64,000 bases of DNA from the IMG/VR virus record IMGVR_UViG_3300047470_000115, positions 15,488-79,487 of that record. The stretch is one strand, 5' to 3'. The notes below the pieces were generated by a model that worked only from the letters and a program-made list of their open reading frames with translations, was not told the DNA's origin and ran no database searches. This document shows positions 46,609 to 55,394 of this stretch, one piece after another (within the stretch, counting starts at the first letter, position 1; the number at the start of each line of letters is the position of its first letter). The position numbers and the translations under genes were made by a program. Source of the DNA: a virus.

Positions 46609-46892
46609 CTCTGCTCTACCCCCACCAACTTGTCGAAGCAGTCGCCAGGCTCAGCCGTGACAATTCCGTGGGAAGTGCCACTCTGACCATGGATCGTAAC
46701 ACGGATGCGGCATTTGGGCCGCTTCCTAGCACGCATCGACGACCCGGGGGAATGCAGGGTCACGGGCCCAACTGTCGCAATCGAACCGTCAGGCATGACG
46801 ATCTGATCGGTTGCGACGAGCTGGACTGCAGCTATCGGTTCGGTTCTCACTCCCTCCGCCTGTTCGACACTCATGTTGCGCTTATCACTCAT
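46605..46892 (-). CDS. hypothetical protein
   Basis: GGGGAG RBS before MSDKRN. Confidence 0.6.
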   Translation of the reverse strand: MSDKRNMSVEQAEGVRTEPIAAVQLVATDQIVMPDGSIATVGPVTLHSPGSSMRARKRPKCRIRVTIHGQSGTSHGIVTAEPGDCFDKLVGVEQS

Positions 46893-47067
46893 TCGCTGCT
46901 CCCCAGGTGGAGATCCGAATACAACGAAGAGACCTGCTGTACGGCTTGCGACCGTATACCTCAACAAGTCAGGACCACCACCCAGTATAGGAAACGCGGC
47001 GCAGCGTGCGCATACTGGGGGGTGGACCTCACTTGATCGAGTACTCGACTCGATCATGGTGATACCG

Positions 47068-47097
47068 ATTCTAGCACTACGTGCCCCCAACCGTCAA
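47068..47097 (-). promoter_or_regulatory. promoter TTGACG-N18-TAGAAT (extended TG)
   Basis: HrdB-type consensus match. Confidence 0.75.
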
Positions 47098-47319
47098 CAG
47101 TTAGGGTACCCTAACCTAGCGCTGACGATTTGTCGACATGTCGCTACTCGCCCGGAGTGGCCATACTCAGATCAAGTTTGGCGCGGATGTTGTGATAGTT
47201 GGTCTCGTCACTCTCCGACCAGTCGCCGTCGTCAGAGTACTTCTGGCGGTGCGCGTCAAGCGCCTCCAGGACCAACGCATACTCGCCTTCAGTGAATTGC
47301 ATACTTGACCTTCCCCGGT

Positions 47320-47445
47320 AAGTAAAAACAAGGCGCTAGGGCGCTGCGCCGCAACCCAGAACTCAGGGCCACCCGAGTCTGGTTACCGGTCCAACCCGTT
47401 CAGGAAGACCGTGCGGCGCAGCTTCCTAGCGCCTTGTGTTTCGTT
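47320..47445 (-). ncRNA. candidate small regulatory RNA (~125 nt, three-way junction)
   Basis: Own promoter at 47451-47479; 13-bp plus 11-bp closing stems, two inner hairpins, U-tail at 47324-47328; no credible ORF. Confidence 0.7.
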
Positions 47446-47450
47446 GCCCG

Positions 47451-47479
47451 ATGATAACACGGGTGATCGCATCACACAA
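47451..47479 (-). promoter_or_regulatory. promoter TTGTGT-N17-TATCAT (extended TG) for the small RNA
   Basis: Sits between the upstream gene's terminator and the structured RNA. Confidence 0.6.
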
Positions 47480-47489
47480 CCCCCAACAA

Positions 47490-47532
47490 GTACTGAATCC
47501 CCCCGCATCTTGCTCTCGGGGGGATTCAGTAC
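47490..47532 (-). terminator. intrinsic terminator
   Basis: gtactgaatccccccg/cggggggattcagtac 16-bp stem. Confidence 0.8.
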
Positions 47533-47550
47533 CGGGCTGGGAGACCCGCG

Positions 47551-48666
47551 TCAGGCAGTCCGACGCGCACCCTTCTTGCCCTCCGGCGAGTCCTCGGCCG
47601 TGACACCCTCGATGTTCGGGATGGTGCTGGGGCCGCCGGACGACGGGAACAGGCGGGCGCTGACGGCACCGGCCGAGGGCGGGTTCTTGCCCTCGTACTC
47701 CTTCGACGGGAACTTCGAGATCCAGGCGATGGCCTTGAACTCGCCGACCGGCACGTCAGCCATGGCCTCGGCGACGTGCTTGCCGATGTCACCCTGGGCA
47801 CCACCCGGGACGCGCGGACGACTGCCGCCACCCGCCGAGGCGCGGCGCCGGGCACCGGCCGCCTTGCCGTCGGCCGCCTTGAAGGCGCGCTTCACGTACT
47901 CGGGCACCTCGGGCTCGTCGCCCCGGTTCTCGGTGTCCGTGTTCCGGTACCACTCGGCGTACGCCTCGAAGGACTTGTGCTCGTTGGTCTCCGGGTCCTG
48001 GTACGCGTTGACCAGGGCGTGGATCGACTCGCCCGCCTTCTCCTTGTCGACCTCGTCCGCGATCGGCAGCGCCATGGTGGCGAGCGACAGGGACAGGAAC
48101 TGGTCGACGTACGCCTCGGTCGGGTCGACCTTCGCCGCCGTCGCGGTGGCGCGGGTCGCCGTGGCCGCCTTCTTGGTCTCGTTGACCAGGAGGTTGTACG
48201 ACTTGGCGCGCATGATCGAGTCGTACATCGTGTCTTCGCCCTCGTCGTCCAGGAGCTCCTGGACCTTGCCCGTCAGCATCGGGCGGGCCTTGCGCTTCTC
48301 GCTGGCGTCGAGCTTGCGGTACGCCTCGCCGAACTTGGCGATGAGGGCCTCGGGGAGGGAGCCGGTCTGCTTGTCGCGACCCTCGTCCTCCATGATCTCG
48401 GCGCACAGCTTCATCAGGTCGGCGACCGGGTCGGCCTCGGGCTCGGTGGTCGCGTCCGCCTCGGCGGGCGCGTCGCCCTCGGAAGCCTGGGCCTCGCCGG
48501 TCGCCTCGGTGACCTCGGCCGGGGCCTCGTCGGTCGCTTCGGCCTCGGTCACCTCGGGCTCGGCCGCTGTTGCGGTCACGGTCGCCTCCTCGTTCCCGGT
48601 CTGCTCCGGGGTCTCGTTCGCCGTCTCGTCGGCAGTGGCAGTGTTGCGGGGGTTACGGCGAGCCAT
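47551..48666 (-). CDS. probably highly expressed protein: acidic Glu/Ala/Thr N-terminus, C-terminal wHTH-like domain
   Basis: Near-exclusive GC3 codons; GGAGG RBS; own promoter and terminator; NPPSAGAVSARL motif. Confidence 0.8.
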   Translation of the reverse strand: MARRNPRNTATADETANETPEQTGNEEATVTATAAEPEVTEAEATDEAPAEVTEATGEAQASEGDAPAEADATTEPEADPVADLMKLCAEIMEDEGRDKQTGSLPEALIAKFGEAYRKLDASEKRKARPMLTGKVQELLDDEGEDTMYDSIMRAKSYNLLVNETKKAATATRATATAAKVDPTEAYVDQFLSLSLATMALPIADEVDKEKAGESIHALVNAYQDPETNEHKSFEAYAEWYRNTDTENRGDEPEVPEYVKRAFKAADGKAAGARRRASAGGGSRPRVPGGAQGDIGKHVAEAMADVPVGEFKAIAWISKFPSKEYEGKNPPSAGAVSARLFPSSGGPSTIPNIEGVTAEDSPEGKKGARRTA

Positions 48667-48772
48667 GATGGAATCCTCCGAGATTCACAGTGCGGCAGGA
48701 ATACTTGCGTGGAATGTTGCTTATCAGTTTTAGGGCCTATGCGCCTAGGCGCGTCGCCCGTTCAATACGACT

Positions 48773-48801
48773 ACAGTAGCCTGGCCTACGTACCGGGTCA
48801 A
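48773..48801 (-). promoter_or_regulatory. promoter TTGACC-N17-TACTGT
   Basis: Consensus-like, about 100 nt upstream of the 48666 start. Confidence 0.7.
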
Positions 48802-49088
48802 GCTGACATGCCCTGAGTGACCACTATTGACAATTACGTGACCAACGATCGGAACGTTCATTGCACGATAGGTGCATCGCACAGTTACGTTGATTACCGA
48901 TCGTCTTGGTGCATCTTGTCAAGGTATGCGGACGCAAGAACGGGCACCGTCTCCACAGAGGCGATGCCCGTTCCCTGCCACCCGTCAACCGGGCTCTTCG
49001 GAGTGCGCTGACACTATCACACGAGCCGCAACGCGCAACACCTACACGAGGTAGACGAACGCTCCCTTAAAACGAACTTAAGGGCAGC

Positions 49089-49613
49089 TTAAGCGGTAGG
49101 CTCGCCGAAGGTGAGGAACCTGAGCTGCTCGTGGAACGCGCGAGGCTCCAGTGCCCAGTCGCCACCGTGCTCGTCCCGGAAGTGAATCCAGATAGCTTCG
49201 GGGGTCTCGTCGTACTTGGTGACAGTGACCGTCGTCGTACGACTGCTGTCGCCAGGACTCCAGAGCCAGAGCGATCTGAGCGGAACCGCCTCGGACATGA
49301 GCTCGTCGGTCGGGCCACCGATCGGCTCTTCGCTCAGACGCAGAACGTTGACCTTCGGCATGATACCGAAGGTGTAGTTCTGGTGACGAAGGCCGCCGTC
49401 GCCGTACAGGTAGACACCCGGCATGACGCGAGATACATCGGAACCGACCGCCTCGGCGAGTGTCACACTGACGTACTCGACCTTAGATAGCGCAGTCTCC
49501 TCGCGGATGACCTTGTCTACCGTGCCCTCGATCTTGTGCAGACCGAAGTCACTCTTGAAGAAGTGACGGATGACGTCACCCTTCTTGATCTCGCTGGCGG
49601 GAATCTCTCCCAC
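49089..49613 (-). CDS. hypothetical protein
   Basis: GGAGG RBS; IPASEIKKGDVI SH3-like start. Confidence 0.7.
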   Translation of the reverse strand: MGEIPASEIKKGDVIRHFFKSDFGLHKIEGTVDKVIREETALSKVEYVSVTLAEAVGSDVSRVMPGVYLYGDGGLRHQNYTFGIMPKVNVLRLSEEPIGGPTDELMSEAVPLRSLWLWSPGDSSRTTTVTVTKYDETPEAIWIHFRDEHGGDWALEPRAFHEQLRFLTFGEPTA

Positions 49614-49638
49614 TGTACCTCCAGGTAGCTACAAAAGA

Positions 49639-49683
49639 GAGCACCGGGATATCCTGCTTTATGAGCAGGATATCCCGGTGCTC
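49639..49683 (-). terminator. long hairpin terminator
   Basis: gagcaccgggatatcctgct/agcaggatatcccggtgctc 20-bp stem, U-tail on -. Confidence 0.8.
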
Positions 49684-49692
49684 GTTCTTGGA

Positions 49693-50841
49693 TTACGCAG
49701 CCAGTTCGGTGACGAAGCCGCGAAGGCCACGCACTGACTGGGTGTCACCGAACCTCGCCTCCAGGTCGTCCGCGAACTGCTGCGAACGGCCCTGCACGAC
49801 AGCCGTCTGGCGGTCGACGAGGCGGAGGTTACTTACGGCGTTCATAGTGACCTCTACTGCTGCATCGGCGTCAGCTTCGGGGCCAGACGCCTTGATGCGC
49901 GCGTCCGCCATGCGCGCCAGGAAGGCGTTCATGCCGTTGATCGAGTCGAGCCTGCCGAGCACCAGGTGGGCAGTCGCATCGAACCGACTGATGTCTGCCT
50001 TGCGCCCCTCGGCGAACGCCAGTATGGCCACGGTGTCCATGGTGTACTGGGAGTTCTGGAGGAGCGTCCAACGGAGCAGGTTCGGGTCAGCGCTCGGGTC
50101 GCCAGTCCCACTGGAGAACAGGAACTGACTGGTTGCGTTGGACAAGTGCTCGCGCGCTTTGTTGTTCTGTCCGTCCATGGCGTATGCGCGGGCCAGCTGG
50201 TGATAGCCGAACGCGCCCCGATCGCGACTGAAGTACGTGGCGAGGCTTGCGGAGCGTGCCGCATTCCTCTTCGCGCCCTGTGCATCCCCACTGTACAGGT
50301 AGAGCCACGCTCTACAGCCGTACAGCCATGACCTGGTGTCGTCGTCCGGTGCATGCTTCAGTGCCGAACGATACCAGTGTTCGGCGTCAGCCAGCTCTCC
50401 CCGGTCGCCGAGGAACTGCGCGACAAGGCCAGCCGCCGTGGCTTCGAGCTTGTACGCCTTGCCCGACAGTGTGGCGGACTTCAGGTGCATGTTACGCAAT
50501 GCACTGGAATCTCTCCACGCGGCCAGGGCGTTGGACATGAGCTCGCTGGGGTTTGCACCAGGCTGCATGTGCTCGCGACCGATGCGGAAGAGCTGCATCT
50601 CGATGGCCCCGAGGGCGCCGCCCACGTTCGAGTTGGTCTCTATGGTCGTCGCTTCGGCACTGGCTGCCGAAACGAGATTCTCGGTCACCGCAAGGCTTGC
50701 GGCACCGAGCATCGAGACAAGGAAATCTCGTCGATGCTGCACCACGTCCCCCTTCAAGTCGATCGAGGACCTGAACTTGCCGAGGATGGCCAGTGCCGAA
50801 CGACTGTCGACAAGGCTATCATCGTCATAGTCAGTCATCAA
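49693..50841 (-). CDS. TPR-like helical protein resembling the Streptomyces NsdA/XRE-regulator C-terminal region, without an HTH
   Basis: RRDFL...GAASLA motif, then D.G....AEHWYRSAL..A and LARAYAMDG...AREHL repeats. Confidence 0.65.
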   Translation of the reverse strand: MMTDYDDDSLVDSRSALAILGKFRSSIDLKGDVVQHRRDFLVSMLGAASLAVTENLVSAASAEATTIETNSNVGGALGAIEMQLFRIGREHMQPGANPSELMSNALAAWRDSSALRNMHLKSATLSGKAYKLEATAAGLVAQFLGDRGELADAEHWYRSALKHAPDDDTRSWLYGCRAWLYLYSGDAQGAKRNAARSASLATYFSRDRGAFGYHQLARAYAMDGQNNKAREHLSNATSQFLFSSGTGDPSADPNLLRWTLLQNSQYTMDTVAILAFAEGRKADISRFDATAHLVLGRLDSINGMNAFLARMADARIKASGPEADADAAVEVTMNAVSNLRLVDRQTAVVQGRSQQFADDLEARFGDTQSVRGLRGFVTELAA

Positions 50842-50877
50842 GTGTCCCTTTCCCGAGCGCTATGCAGAGGGCAGGGG

Positions 50878-50908
50878 CGCACACATTGCACGCATAGGCG
50901 CACCATAC
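50878..50908 (-). repeat. conserved upstream element, copy 2
   Basis: 28/31 match to 46053-46083. Confidence 0.8.
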
Positions 50909-51044
50909 CCTAAACTTGTAGCGTTCATGTATGCGCCAAGAGTATGGCGATCCTTTCTAGCCAAGCCGATCTGTCGCCCGAATGGACGTGACCGTGCTGG
51001 GTGCGGAGTCGGGGGTACTCACGCGCCCAGCACGGACATCTCCA

Positions 51045-51536
51045 TCAGTTCGACGTCACACCCGTCACTACACCGATCTTTTCATCGGCATGGAATGTGA
51101 ACGTGAACACAGGGACACCTTCTTCGCCATGCTCGGCGAAGCGGTACTGCTCGGTCATGCCAGTGCCGTGCATGATGCAGTCCGACCACATCTGAACCGT
51201 GAGCTTCTTGCGCACGTTGTAGTCGTCGACCTGCACTTCCTCGGCCTTGCTGACCCTTCCGTTCACCGTGATCATGATCGGAAGTGTGTCGATGCTGCGC
51301 AACAGGCCCATGTGACTCGGACCGAAGAACTGCGAGAAGACGACCGTGTCACCGGCCTCGACCTCGAACGCGCCCTTCTCTTCCCACCCAAGGGGCTCAA
51401 CCGAGTCAGGGTCACCCTTGACTCCTGTCTTGCCGCACCCGAAGCACCGCCACTCCCCCGTCTCCTCGTTGATACTCGCAGACGGGAACCTGTCCTCGTG
51501 ATCCGGGTTCGGACAGTTGACCATCACAACAGGCAC
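51045..51536 (-). CDS. protein with N-terminal CHC2 (primase-type) zinc finger
   Basis: CPNPDHEDRFPSASIN....WRCFGCG..G. Confidence 0.7.
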   Translation of the reverse strand: MPVVMVNCPNPDHEDRFPSASINEETGEWRCFGCGKTGVKGDPDSVEPLGWEEKGAFEVEAGDTVVFSQFFGPSHMGLLRSIDTLPIMITVNGRVSKAEEVQVDDYNVRKKLTVQMWSDCIMHGTGMTEQYRFAEHGEEGVPVFTFTFHADEKIGVVTGVTSN

Positions 51537-52093
51537 TATGCGACCTGACCTTTCAGGCGGAACTCGTCCACCTTAGCGACGAACTCGTCCGGTGTCAAGA
51601 CCGGGCGCAGTATTGCAGCCTCGCCAATGCCGAGGTGATTGTAGAACGAGTCTACCAGGTTCAGCCACAGACTGGCGTCCTGGGTACTCGCGAAGATCCC
51701 GATGGGAACAGTCACGATGCTGAGCCCTGACGGTTGCTCCGTGTCGCGCGTAGGCACGCGCGTGACGACCACCGTAGGCACTCCATCGCGCGTCTCTCCG
51801 GAGGCGGGCACCACGCCATACCCGGCACGGAAGAACCCATCTGACATCTGGTTTGCGCTACCTACATAGCGACCTGTCAGAATTCTCCCGGCACCCACGG
51901 GGGTAATGACTCGGTACCCGACGGGACGATGCAGGCCGTGTGTGAGTATAGCCGAGCCGTCAATGTCAGCCCACTCTTGACACTGCCTCTGGTCGTCGAA
52001 GTGACCGACCACGGTCAGCGAGTCCTCGTCCGTGGTCCTGAAGATCAAGACAACACTGACAGGCTTCGGGCCGTACATCTCATCAGCAGGCAT
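51536..52093 (-). CDS. hypothetical protein
   Basis: GAGG RBS before MPADEMY. Confidence 0.6.
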   Translation of the reverse strand: MPADEMYGPKPVSVVLIFRTTDEDSLTVVGHFDDQRQCQEWADIDGSAILTHGLHRPVGYRVITPVGAGRILTGRYVGSANQMSDGFFRAGYGVVPASGETRDGVPTVVVTRVPTRDTEQPSGLSIVTVPIGIFASTQDASLWLNLVDSFYNHLGIGEAAILRPVLTPDEFVAKVDEFRLKGQVA

Positions 52094-52177
52094 TGCAACC
52101 TCACCCCCACAACTACGAGTCACTGAATGGTTACCCTATCAAACGGGCGGTGATAGCACTACCCGTTTGGGAGAACT

Positions 52178-52209
52178 GCGGCCCCCCGAAAGGATGATCG
52201 GGGGGCCGC
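52178..52209 (-). terminator. hairpin terminator
   Basis: gcggccccccga/tcggggggccgc. Confidence 0.7.
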
Positions 52210-52244
52210 GTATTTCACAGACTCGACTGACGTTTAGCGAACGT

Positions 52245-52880
52245 TTATCCGCGAGGCGTTACATCTCGCGTAGTGAGTCCGCCCGCCTCGTTGCACTCGT
52301 TGTCCGTGAGCTGGATCAGCTTCACACTGGACACAGGCGGAACGGATGCGTCACCGACCGAGATGGCCCAGCCGTTCTGTGGATGCTTCTGGATTTCGAG
52401 CACCACGGGGTTTGAACCCTCACCCATGAGACGCTTGGAGAATCCGAGAACAGTCTCCTCGCCGCGAGGCGGCAACTCCATGATGACCTTGAGGTCTTCC
52501 GGAGAGTACCCACGCTCGATCTCGGGAGGATAGACCTCGCCATCCTCGGATGTCCCATCCCAGCGTACGGTCAGGCACATGAGGCCACGCTTCGACTCGT
52601 CGAAGTCGTCCATGTCCTCCCAGTCGCGCTCGTACTGCTCCTCGGCGGTCATGATCTGCACCACGGTGCCGGGCACGGCATCGCTGTCAGTGTTGACCCT
52701 CTTGCCGAGGAAGTCAAGGGCGACCGTGATCTGAGTGTCCAGCGCCTTGATCTTCTTGCGAAGTTCGGGCGTGGTCTCGTGGTCGTCCATGAGGTTGAGC
52801 TGGACGAGGGTGTTGACGACCTTCGCCTCTGCCATGGTCAGCGGAGGCAGACGGAAGACATCCTCGCGAGGCTTGCTCAC
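52245..52880 (-). CDS. hypothetical protein
   Basis: GTGA-coupled start (SKPRED); GC3 bias. Confidence 0.7.
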   Translation of the reverse strand: MSKPREDVFRLPPLTMAEAKVVNTLVQLNLMDDHETTPELRKKIKALDTQITVALDFLGKRVNTDSDAVPGTVVQIMTAEEQYERDWEDMDDFDESKRGLMCLTVRWDGTSEDGEVYPPEIERGYSPEDLKVIMELPPRGEETVLGFSKRLMGEGSNPVVLEIQKHPQNGWAISVGDASVPPVSSVKLIQLTDNECNEAGGLTTRDVTPRG

Positions 52881-53245
52881 TTGACATCCCCCATCGAGGC
52901 ACGCACGAGCTGGAGCGCAGCAATCTCGGTGTCGAGCTGCTCCGCCGTCATCTTCTCCGTGGGGTACGGACCATACCTGGTCATACCCTTGAAGTCGTCC
53001 AGATTGGGGCGCAGGCCATCGGGCAGGCCCGCGAAGGCCGCGACCGTCTCTGCCAGCCAGACCTGCTCGTGCTTGGCGGCACCGCGACACTCTGCCGAGA
53101 ACACCTTGCGCCGCTCCTCGGGGTCGGCGTCGATCTCGTCAGCCGCCTCACGGAGGTACTTGATGCGGTCACTCGTGAAGTGCAGCGCGCGACCCAGTGC
53201 AGTGCGGACGTAGAACTCCGCCTCGTCCGGAATCTCAATCGCCAT
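52877..53245 (-). CDS. hypothetical protein
   Basis: TGATG-coupled start (MAIEIPD). Confidence 0.7.
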   Translation of the reverse strand: MAIEIPDEAEFYVRTALGRALHFTSDRIKYLREAADEIDADPEERRKVFSAECRGAAKHEQVWLAETVAAFAGLPDGLRPNLDDFKGMTRYGPYPTEKMTAEQLDTEIAALQLVRASMGDVK

Positions 53246-53715
53246 CAGAACCCCGCACCTTCCATGAGTGACTTGAGGAGATTCCACTCCTTCTGGATGC
53301 GGGGCACGAAGAACGCGATGGAGTCAGCGTCATCAGCGTAGCCCTGATCCACCAATGCACGCATAGCGCTCAGAGCGGTCATCGGCTTCTCGATCGCGAA
53401 GAACGAATTGCGATGGAAGGACTGCGCCCAGGAGTACCCGACCACGATGGCGAGTTCAGTGGCCTTGCGACGCTGACCGCCACCGCCCTCGAAGGTGACG
53501 TACATCTCACCCTCGTCGTTCTCGAACTTCGACTCGTCGTAAGGGCGAATCGACTCCACGGTGCGCGGTGCCAGGTCGGGCTCATCCTTCTCCACGACCA
53601 GCATGCCAGGCCTTACGGCCTCCCACTCGAAGTTCGCCGGAAGTGCCGTGACGACTTCACCAGTCACGCCACTGTGGCGGTACGTCGTGGAGTATGGCTT
53701 GTCTTTCTGTGTCAT
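53245..53715 (-). CDS. hypothetical protein
   Basis: AGGGGG RBS; GC3 bias. Confidence 0.7.
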   Translation of the reverse strand: MTQKDKPYSTTYRHSGVTGEVVTALPANFEWEAVRPGMLVVEKDEPDLAPRTVESIRPYDESKFENDEGEMYVTFEGGGGQRRKATELAIVVGYSWAQSFHRNSFFAIEKPMTALSAMRALVDQGYADDADSIAFFVPRIQKEWNLLKSLMEGAGF

Positions 53716-53727
53716 TCCCCCTGCTCT

Positions 53728-54288
53728 CTATCCGAGAATAGCACGAACACTGCCGAAAAGCAACTTCATGGCCGCCACAGTAGCAGGCGCGGGCCTGCGT
53801 CGGCTTGCCACGAGTCCAAGCACGTACGCCTCGGCGTTAGCCTGCACGCTAAGATCGTTGATGATCTCCTCGACAGCCGCGAGATCATTGCCGTGCTTCA
53901 CCGCATCCGGCCTGCAATGCGCTTGCGGTCCGACCTGGCCGAATTCCTCCTGATCGATGATAGCACAAAGGCGCTCGACATTGTCGAGCGCCTCGCCTAT
54001 CGAGTTGACCGCCAGCCGGATTGCTCTCAGGCTGTCATCGTCGTACTGGTATCCGGCAACCATCTCGGACAACCTGGCCTGCGCATTACACTGAAGTGCG
54101 ATACGCTCGGACAGTTGCTCGATGGCGCCGAGTTCCGTACGGATGGCAACCTTATGCTTGTTGGCTGCCCAGCGCTTCGACTCCTCACCGTTACCGGCAA
54201 GGCCGCGCGCCAGTTCACCCGTTCCGTTCGGCTGTATCATCCTGTCCTCCAAGTGTATCGCGCAGGTCCCCCAGGTCGTCAAGTCCAT
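53728..54288 (-). CDS. helical hypothetical protein
   Basis: ORF in operon; true start may be near 54240 (GGAGG then MIQPNG). Confidence 0.6.
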   Translation of the reverse strand: MDLTTWGTCAIHLEDRMIQPNGTGELARGLAGNGEESKRWAANKHKVAIRTELGAIEQLSERIALQCNAQARLSEMVAGYQYDDDSLRAIRLAVNSIGEALDNVERLCAIIDQEEFGQVGPQAHCRPDAVKHGNDLAAVEEIINDLSVQANAEAYVLGLVASRRRPAPATVAAMKLLFGSVRAILG

Positions 54289-54544
54289 CGACTAGCTCGA
54301 TGTTGTCGAGCTCCTGGCTGGTCTGCACTAGGAGGCGGATGGTTTCACCCAGACCCTGGTGTAGCTTGAGAAGTGCAGCAAGTGCAACAGGGTCTGGCCT
54401 GACGTGGCGGGGAACGTTCCGGACTCGGTACGCTTCCGCATTCAGCTGGACCCCTGCAGTGTCGCACAGTCCCTCGGCCTGCTCAAGGGCCCCAGCTATG
54501 ATTTCTTTGTACTTAGCCTTCTGGGCCCCGGTGAGCTCGGCCAC
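54215..54544 (-). CDS. hypothetical protein
   Basis: ORF in operon. Confidence 0.55.
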   Translation of the reverse strand: MAELTGAQKAKYKEIIAGALEQAEGLCDTAGVQLNAEAYRVRNVPRHVRPDPVALAALLKLHQGLGETIRLLVQTSQELDNIELVDGLDDLGDLRDTLGGQDDTAERNG

Positions 54545-54549
54545 GGGGG

Positions 54550-55104
54550 TTACTGCCCTTGATGCTTCGTGATGTTGATGAGGTCATTGGTGACCCTCGC
54601 GCGTACGACAGCCTTCATTGCATCGCTGCCGGTCGTACGAAGGTCAACCGCGACGGTCTCGCTGAGCTCGGCGCGAAGCGTGGCACGCTCCATACTGGTC
54701 AGAGTGTTCCACAGCTCCAGGAAGTCTGCAAGGGTACGCTCCTGAACTTCGGGCTGCCCCGCCCTGGCAAGGGTGCACTCGGCGCGCACGTCGGCCACGA
54801 GCGCGCGAACACGCTCGACAGACGATCGCGCCTCCTGCCTCACGATGTTCACATCGCGCAGCTTGTCACCGATGCTGTGCACGGTCGAGGTCATGCGCGC
54901 CCAGGTCTCACCCGAGAGACTCAGGCCACGACCGACCGAGAGCTCTACGAGCTCGACCTCGCCGATCGCGTCACGAAGGCGACGCGACAGCTCGGCCAGC
55001 TCGCTGGCCAGGTCAGTCGTCGTCGGGGTCGTGGGGGTTGCGGAAGCGTCGCTCGAAAGGCTCGTCGACACCTTCGACCCCCTTGTACTGCTCGCGCCAG
55101 TCAC
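54550..55104 (-). CDS. coiled-coil hypothetical protein
   Basis: GAGGAG RBS before GTG. Confidence 0.55.
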   Translation of the reverse strand: MTGASSTRGSKVSTSLSSDASATPTTPTTTDLASELAELSRRLRDAIGEVELVELSVGRGLSLSGETWARMTSTVHSIGDKLRDVNIVRQEARSSVERVRALVADVRAECTLARAGQPEVQERTLADFLELWNTLTSMERATLRAELSETVAVDLRTTGSDAMKAVVRARVTNDLINITKHQGQ

Positions 55105-55213
55105 TTACGGACTCCTCCTCGTGTCGCCAACCTCTGACGACATGACTTATCGCGGAGACGATGGCAATCGCCATCAGTCCGACGAGCGACCACTCGATCA
55201 CTTCGATGAACAT
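55013..55213 (-). CDS. small membrane protein
   Basis: MFIEVIEWSLVGLMAIAIVSAI TM segment; overlaps the next gene. Confidence 0.4.
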   Translation of the reverse strand: MFIEVIEWSLVGLMAIAIVSAISHVVRGWRHEEESVSDWREQYKGVEGVDEPFERRFRNPHDPDDD

Positions 55214-55341
55214 CGGCGTTTGCCACCATTTCGATGTTGGGACTACGGTATCACAACCCGATGAGTTCTGCAACTCACCACGCAATGACGCCAGTACGAG
55301 TCCATGATGAACCATGCTGACATCATTGCGCGGCGCTCGGC

Positions 55342-55359
55342 CGGACGCACGCATTGCAC
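55342..55359 (-). repeat. conserved upstream element, partial copy 3
   Basis: cggacgcacgcattgcac identical to 46049-46066. Confidence 0.75.
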
Positions 55360-55394
55360 ACGTAGGGGCACAACCCCTGCATCCGGCCGAGTCG

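Noticed and set aside
47320-47445. tRNA, SRP RNA or plain terminator
   Set aside because: No T-loop GTTCRA or cloverleaf and no SRP domain IV motif; the upstream gene already has its own terminator and a separate promoter precedes this structure.
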